A DNA stretch of 64,000 bases from Gammaproteobacteria bacterium (GTDB lineage: Bacteria > Pseudomonadota > Gammaproteobacteria > UBA4575), in contig CBDEUS010000001.1 in NCBI GenBank assembly GCA_965243395.1, positions 800,001-864,000 of the forward strand. Direction: 5' to 3'. The translations under genes and the position numbers were made by a program. Positions within the stretch are counted from its first letter, which is position 1. Each line of letters starts with the position of its first letter. Shown in pieces: positions 58,677-64,000 of this stretch. The notes under the pieces were generated by a model, which made no database searches, was not told the origin of the DNA, and saw nothing but the letters and a program-made list of their open reading frames with translations.

Positions 58677-61600
58677 ATGGCGGTTACAACTCTAAAGCAA
58701 AAGTGGCAATTTTGGATCGATCGTGGCGGCACTTTTACAGATATCGTTGCACGCAAACCAAGCGGTCTAATTCAAACACATAAGCTTCTTTCTGAAAATC
58801 CAAAACAATATCAAGATGCTGCCATTCATGGCATGAAAGAAATGCTTGGCATCAATGTCGAGGAAGACTTGCCACGGGATCAAATATCCGTTGTAAAAAT
58901 GGGAACAACTTTGGCCACGAATGCATTGCTTGAACGCAAGGGCGAGGACACATTACTCGTCATTACCAAAGGATTTAAAGATCAGCTACGCATTGGTTAT
59001 CAGACTAGGCCCGATCTATTTGCTTTACATATTGAGCTTCCCGAACTGCTTTACAGTGAAGTATTAGAAATTGAAGAACGAATCGGAGCTCAAGGGAAAA
59101 TTTTAGTGCCTCTTAATGAAGACGCTGCACGTGAAGGTTTGATCAAACACTATAGAAAAGGATTGCGTTCGATTGCCATTGTACTCATGCACGGTTATCG
59201 GTACCACGTACATGAAAATCAACTAGTGGTTTTGGCAAAAGAAATAGGTTTTACGCAAATTTCTGTGAGCCATGAAATTAGTCCGTTAATCAAGCTTGTT
59301 TCTCGTGGCGATACCACGGTCATAGATGCATATCTTTCACCTGTTTTAAGAAGGTATGTAAATCAAATTGCATCACAACTTCAAGAGACTAGTGAACAGC
59401 CAAACAATTTGATGTTTATGAAATCAAACGGAGGGTTGGCAGATGCTAAATTATTTCAAGGTAAAGATGCGATCTTGTCAGGACCCACAGGGGGTGTTGT
59501 GGGCATGGCAAAAGTTTGTGAGCTTGCAGGTTTTAAAAAAGTCATCGGTTTTGATATGGGAGGCACCTCGACGGATGTGAGCCACTACAATGGTGAGTTT
59601 GATAAAGTATTTGAGACACAAGTTGCCGGCATTCGCATACAAGCCCCCATGATGTTAATTAACACTATTGCCGCGGGTGGGGGTTCTGTTCTTAAGTTTC
59701 TCGATCAGCGTTACCAAGTCGGCCCTGAATCTGCAAGCGCCTATCCTGGACCTGCGTGCTACCGGAATGATGGCCCACTAACCATTACTGATTGCAACGT
59801 AATGATGGGTAAATTACAACCCACTTTATTTCCAAGTGTATTTGGCGCTAATGCTAATAAGGCACTGGATAATGAAGTCGTTAAAGCAAAGTTTCAAAAG
59901 CTCAGTAATCGAATTGAGAAAGAAACAGGTAACAAGCGAACACCCGAAGCTGTCGCTACCGGTTATCTGAAGATTGCAGTTGAAAATATGGCTAATGCAA
60001 TCAAGAAAATTTCCATAATGCGCGGTTATGATGTTACCGAATATACCTTATGCTGTTTCGGCGGTGCAGGAGGGCAACACGCATGTTTAGTTGCCGATGC
60101 ATTAAGCATGAAACAAATTTTGATTCATCCTTATGCAAGTGTTCTTTCTGCTTATGGTATTGGTCTCGCAGACATTATCGTAGATAGACAACAATCAATA
60201 GGACAGGTTTTAAATGCGTCTCTATTAGAAAAGCTAAAAATATTATTCAAACAGTTACAACAAGAAGGCATGGACGAACTCGAGAGACAATCTGTAGAGC
60301 ATATAAATACAACATTTAAAAATTATTTGCGCTTGCGTTATGAAGGATCTGATACCGTTTTGACTGTAACACACGATGCCTTAGATAAAGTTATCTCCCA
60401 GTTTGAACAAACTCACCAAAAACGTTTTGGATTTATTTCTTCTGAACAAGATATTGTCGTCGAAGCTATTCAAGTAGAAGTTATTTCCCAGACCAGTCAA
60501 CCGATTAATGTTGAAAAGTTAAATTCTGAAATTCTGCGAAGTCATTCTGATGTAAAACATGATTGCTATATTAATGATCAATGGCAAACTACTCCTTTTT
60601 ACCATCGTGATTCACTTGTAGTTAACAAAGTTATAAATGGCCCTGCAGTCGTTTATGATTCAACAAACACCATAGTAATAGAGCCCGGTTGGCGAAGTAA
60701 GTTAACTGCTGAAAATAATTTATTACTTGAGCGTTATATGGAAAGAAAAACAGCTAATGCAGTTGGAACAGATGTAGATCCGGTAATGTTAGAAATTTTT
60801 AATAATTTATTTATGTCTGTTGCTGAACAGATGGGTACTGTATTAGAAAACACTGCAGTATCTGTCAACATAAAAGAGAGATTGGATTTTTCTTGCGCTA
60901 TATTTGACCCCTTGGGAAATCTTGTCGCGAATGCACCACATGTCCCGGTGCACCTTGGTTCCATGAGCGAAAGTATTAAATCTGTCATTCGTGATTTTAA
61001 TAAAAACATATCTTCTGGTGATGCATTCATATTGAATACACCTTACAACGGTGGGACGCATCTTCCTGATATAACGGTGATTAAGCCTGTGTTTTCTGAT
61101 CGTGCAGAATTATTATTTTATGTAGCATCTCGTGGTCACCATACGGATATTGGTGGTACTACACCAGGTTCAGCACCTGCACATTCTGTCAGTATTGAAG
61201 AAGAAGGGATTGTTTTTGACGCATTTAAAATTGTTGAGAATAACCTCTTTCATGAAGAAAAAATCTATTCGCTTCTAACAAACAACCGTTGGCCAGCGCG
61301 TAATCCATCAATGAATATATCGGACATCAAGGCACAACTTGCAGCATGTGAAAAGGGAGCAGAAGAGCTCAATAAAACCGTAAAGCACTATAGCGAAAAA
61401 ACAGTACATGCTTATATGCAACATGTACAAAACAATGCTGAAGAATCCGTACGCAAAACACTAAGCGTGCTCAAGGACGGATCTTTTGAATACAAAATGG
61501 ATGATGACAATCACATTGTCGTGAGCATTAAAGTAGATCAAAAGAATCGCAAAGCCATAATTGATTTCACAGGAACGAGTTCGCAACATCATGGAAATTT

Positions 61601-62312
61601 CAATGCACCTACTGCAGTAGTAAAAGCGGCAGTACTATATGTGTTTAGATGTCTTGTGGGCGATAATATTCCATTGAATGATGGATGTTTGAAGCCTTTT
61701 GAAATTATTATTCCAAAACCTTCTATGATTAATCCAGAATATCCTGCAGCTGTGTTTGCTGGTAATGTGGAAACATCTCAATTTATTGTCGATGCATTAT
61801 TTGGTGCGCTAGGTGTTATAGCGTCATCACAAGGCACAATGAATAACTTTGTATGGGGTAACGAAAGATATCAATATTATGAAACATTATGTGGAGGTAC
61901 AGGAGCAGCCAAAAATTCAGATGGCACAGACGCAGTCCATAGTCACATGACAAATTCAAAACTGACAGACCCTGAAGTATTGGAATGGCGCTTTCCGGTC
62001 ATATTAAATTCATTTGAAATTAAATTGGGTTCAGGTGGCGCGGGTAAATTTCGTGGAGGTGATGGCGTAATTCGTAAAATGCAATTTTTGGAAGAAGTAA
62101 CTGCCAACATTATTTCAAGTCATCGAAAAGTGCCGCCCTACGGTCTTGCTGGTGGAGAAAATGCTCAAGTCGGTAAAAATAGAGTAGAGCATACGGACGG
62201 AACCGTTACAGAATTATCAGGTATAGATCAAATTGAGTTACAGCAGGGTGATATTTTTATCATAGAAACACCTGGAGGCGGGGGATATGGCAGTATTAAC
62301 AATAATGAGTAA
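58677..62312 (+). CDS. oplA: 5-oxoprolinase / hydantoinase A+B fusion
   Basis: [73 protein letters not shown]; 1211 aa. Confidence 0.93.
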   Translation: MAVTTLKQKWQFWIDRGGTFTDIVARKPSGLIQTHKLLSENPKQYQDAAIHGMKEMLGINVEEDLPRDQISVVKMGTTLATNALLERKGEDTLLVITKGFKDQLRIGYQTRPDLFALHIELPELLYSEVLEIEERIGAQGKILVPLNEDAAREGLIKHYRKGLRSIAIVLMHGYRYHVHENQLVVLAKEIGFTQISVSHEISPLIKLVSRGDTTVIDAYLSPVLRRYVNQIASQLQETSEQPNNLMFMKSNGGLADAKLFQGKDAILSGPTGGVVGMAKVCELAGFKKVIGFDMGGTSTDVSHYNGEFDKVFETQVAGIRIQAPMMLINTIAAGGGSVLKFLDQRYQVGPESASAYPGPACYRNDGPLTITDCNVMMGKLQPTLFPSVFGANANKALDNEVVKAKFQKLSNRIEKETGNKRTPEAVATGYLKIAVENMANAIKKISIMRGYDVTEYTLCCFGGAGGQHACLVADALSMKQILIHPYASVLSAYGIGLADIIVDRQQSIGQVLNASLLEKLKILFKQLQQEGMDELERQSVEHINTTFKNYLRLRYEGSDTVLTVTHDALDKVISQFEQTHQKRFGFISSEQDIVVEAIQVEVISQTSQPINVEKLNSEILRSHSDVKHDCYINDQWQTTPFYHRDSLVVNKVINGPAVVYDSTNTIVIEPGWRSKLTAENNLLLERYMERKTANAVGTDVDPVMLEIFNNLFMSVAEQMGTVLENTAVSVNIKERLDFSCAIFDPLGNLVANAPHVPVHLGSMSESIKSVIRDFNKNISSGDAFILNTPYNGGTHLPDITVIKPVFSDRAELLFYVASRGHHTDIGGTTPGSAPAHSVSIEEEGIVFDAFKIVENNLFHEEKIYSLLTNNRWPARNPSMNISDIKAQLAACEKGAEELNKTVKHYSEKTVHAYMQHVQNNAEESVRKTLSVLKDGSFEYKMDDDNHIVVSIKVDQKNRKAIIDFTGTSSQHHGNFNAPTAVVKAAVLYVFRCLVGDNIPLNDGCLKPFEIIIPKPSMINPEYPAAVFAGNVETSQFIVDALFGALGVIASSQGTMNNFVWGNERYQYYETLCGGTGAAKNSDGTDAVHSHMTNSKLTDPEVLEWRFPVILNSFEIKLGSGGAGKFRGGDGVIRKMQFLEEVTANIISSHRKVPPYGLAGGENAQVGKNRVEHTDGTVTELSGIDQIELQQGDIFIIETPGGGGYGSINNNE

Positions 62313-62340
62313 AAAGCCGAAGACATTTGCCCTCGGCTTT
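62311..62340 (-). terminator. Rho-independent terminator (strongest on the minus strand) between convergent genes
   Basis: Minus strand aaagccgagggc-aaat-gtcttcggc-ttttt. Confidence 0.8.
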
Positions 62341-62362
62341 CACCATTAATTATTTTTGTAAC

Positions 62363-63733
62363 TTATCTACCGTATACATCGATTCCTGGTAGAGGACGAT
62401 GATACTTCACAACCTCTGCATACTTTGTAGATGCAGCAGTTATTCCTTTATCTGCATCAATCTTAAGTCCTGCTTCTTCAGCTGATTTTAAGAATGCAAT
62501 TGATGCCATTAATGCGTGCTGCGGATGAATGCCGCCTGTAGCACATAAACGCCAACCCATGTCTGGGTAACCCGGAATCGCGGCTGCTTCAACGGCGTGT
62601 TTGTAAAACATGATCATAAGTACATGCATAATTTCTTTTTCGCCATAACCTTCTGGTGCTTTAATGGCCGTTACTGCATTCGATGCTGTATTGGGATCTT
62701 TTGCAACTAATTCAAAACCAGCCGCAAGTACAGCAGCACGATACACTTCAGAACATTCTTTATGACGCTCGCAAACGCGATCAATTCCTTCGATGGCAAT
62801 GGAATCCAATGCTACTGCGAATTGAGAATAGTTACTTGGCGTTTCAATATGTAAGCCATGAGTATCCATCGCTTCGATGATCTTGCCAAGATTCAAGTAA
62901 TGTTGTCCTAGCGCCATCCCTGCATCTTTTAATTTTTGTTCAGACTCTTGAATTCTCTGCACGGCTTTAGGGCTTAATGTAATCATTCCAATACTGGGTG
63001 TACCCATCAAACCTTTTTGACTACAGCCAATTAGCATGTCCATGCCCATTTCTTCCATGTTTGATGGCATGCAACCGATGGACGAAATGCCGTCGATTAC
63101 AACAAGTGCAGGGTGGTTTAGTTCATCCAGTAAGTCACGTATCTTCTTAGGGTCGGTTGTTACACCAGCAGCGGTTTCATTCTGCGGCGCCATCACCATC
63201 TTAATATTATGTTCCGTGTCTTGTTCCAAGATCTCTTTAGCTTTTGCTAGAGGCAAGTCGTCACCAAGATCACATTGTAAGCGGATGGCTTTTCTACCAA
63301 TATTGTCTACACAATTTCCCATAGCTTGACTGAACCATCCGATTTCCATGGTAAGGATCACCGGCTTATCAGAATTCATTTCATCAGGAGTACGACATGA
63401 GCCTGCTGCTGCTTCAGTAGCTGATGTGCCTGAGCCGGTAAAAAAGATCGACTTACCACCTTCTTGCAATCCGACCATTTTCCCGTAGTCCTCTCGAACG
63501 GCAGCAAAAAGCTTTGCCACGCCTGGGCCACGCATACCTCTTGTTTGGGTAGAAGTAAATTGAGTCACCAATTCAGATCCAAAAGCAGGACCTGGTGTCA
63601 CATTAATAATTTTATTATGGGGTGACCAGACGTAGGGCTTATCATTAATAAAATCCACATCAGATGCTTCCATCTGATTAGTTTCGATAAGACGTCTTAG
63701 GCCGGAAAGTGGAGAGATTAATTCATTCGTCAT
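62363..63733 (-). CDS. Class V PLP-dependent aminotransferase (serine/alanine-glyoxylate aminotransferase-like), divergent
   Basis: VTPGP, TGSGTSATEAA, NETAAGV, IDGISS, CSQKGLM (PLP Lys). Confidence 0.85.
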   Translation of the reverse strand: MTNELISPLSGLRRLIETNQMEASDVDFINDKPYVWSPHNKIINVTPGPAFGSELVTQFTSTQTRGMRGPGVAKLFAAVREDYGKMVGLQEGGKSIFFTGSGTSATEAAAGSCRTPDEMNSDKPVILTMEIGWFSQAMGNCVDNIGRKAIRLQCDLGDDLPLAKAKEILEQDTEHNIKMVMAPQNETAAGVTTDPKKIRDLLDELNHPALVVIDGISSIGCMPSNMEEMGMDMLIGCSQKGLMGTPSIGMITLSPKAVQRIQESEQKLKDAGMALGQHYLNLGKIIEAMDTHGLHIETPSNYSQFAVALDSIAIEGIDRVCERHKECSEVYRAAVLAAGFELVAKDPNTASNAVTAIKAPEGYGEKEIMHVLMIMFYKHAVEAAAIPGYPDMGWRLCATGGIHPQHALMASIAFLKSAEEAGLKIDADKGITAASTKYAEVVKYHRPLPGIDVYGR

Positions 63734-64000
63734 TTTTAAATTTCCCTATAAATTTATTCATCTAAGGTTCTTATATGTAACAAAAAAGCTCAAGATATAC
63801 TTACGAGAGAACAAGCTAGATAGAGTAGATATCCTGTACAAGGATAGCTAGCGTTGTGTGGTCTTCTACTGTGTTTTTATATACGGCTTTTTTTATCGAG
63901 CGATGTTATCACACTAATCTCCAAAGAAAGCGTATAGGACAATTTTTAAGGAATGATGGAGGTGCTGAGTTCTTTATTTTGAAAGTAAGTATTTGTTTCT

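Noticed and set aside
617-63329. Many short ORFs in the six-frame track overlapping larger genes (e.g. 617-991, 15107-15619, 20226-20666, 24006-24236, 39623-40123, 60734-61030)
   Set aside because: Antisense or off-frame shadows of well-supported genes, with no recognisable motifs
1-64000. tRNA, rRNA, IS/transposase, integrase, prophage or defence genes
   Set aside because: No cloverleaf/T-loop in intergenic DNA and no such protein motifs were recognised by eye; not confirmed by a computational scan

Overview
64 kb of a low-GC (roughly 35-40%, estimated by eye) gammaproteobacterial chromosome. The first ~16 kb is core housekeeping: clpS-clpA, infA, fabD-fabG-acpP-fabF-pabC-mltG-tmk-holB-pilZ, sucA-sucB-lpdA. 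The remainder is a patchwork of metabolic, envelope and uncharacterised genes: a RimK-like ATP-grasp/7TM/retropepsin/M14-peptidase operon, fadI-fadJ, bioA, an OmpA/L,D-transpeptidase/OprI-like envelope cluster, cfa, pta-ackA, PPK2, SPFH-NfeD, 5-oxoprolinase and a class V aminotransferase. I saw no rRNA, tRNA, CRISPR array, transposase or phage gene. The strongest candidate for an undescribed system is 51.1-58.0 kb. It has a ~290-nt hairpin-dense leader, then a three-gene exported module (Sec protein with CxxCH; lipoprotein with CxxCH plus a LamG domain; Tat-exported DUF1501-like protein). It is followed by a bacterial CARNMT1/N2227-like histidine-methyltransferase homologue carrying an N-terminal Zn ribbon and a C-terminal PqqD/RRE-like domain. 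All family assignments come from motif recognition by eye, not from database searches.
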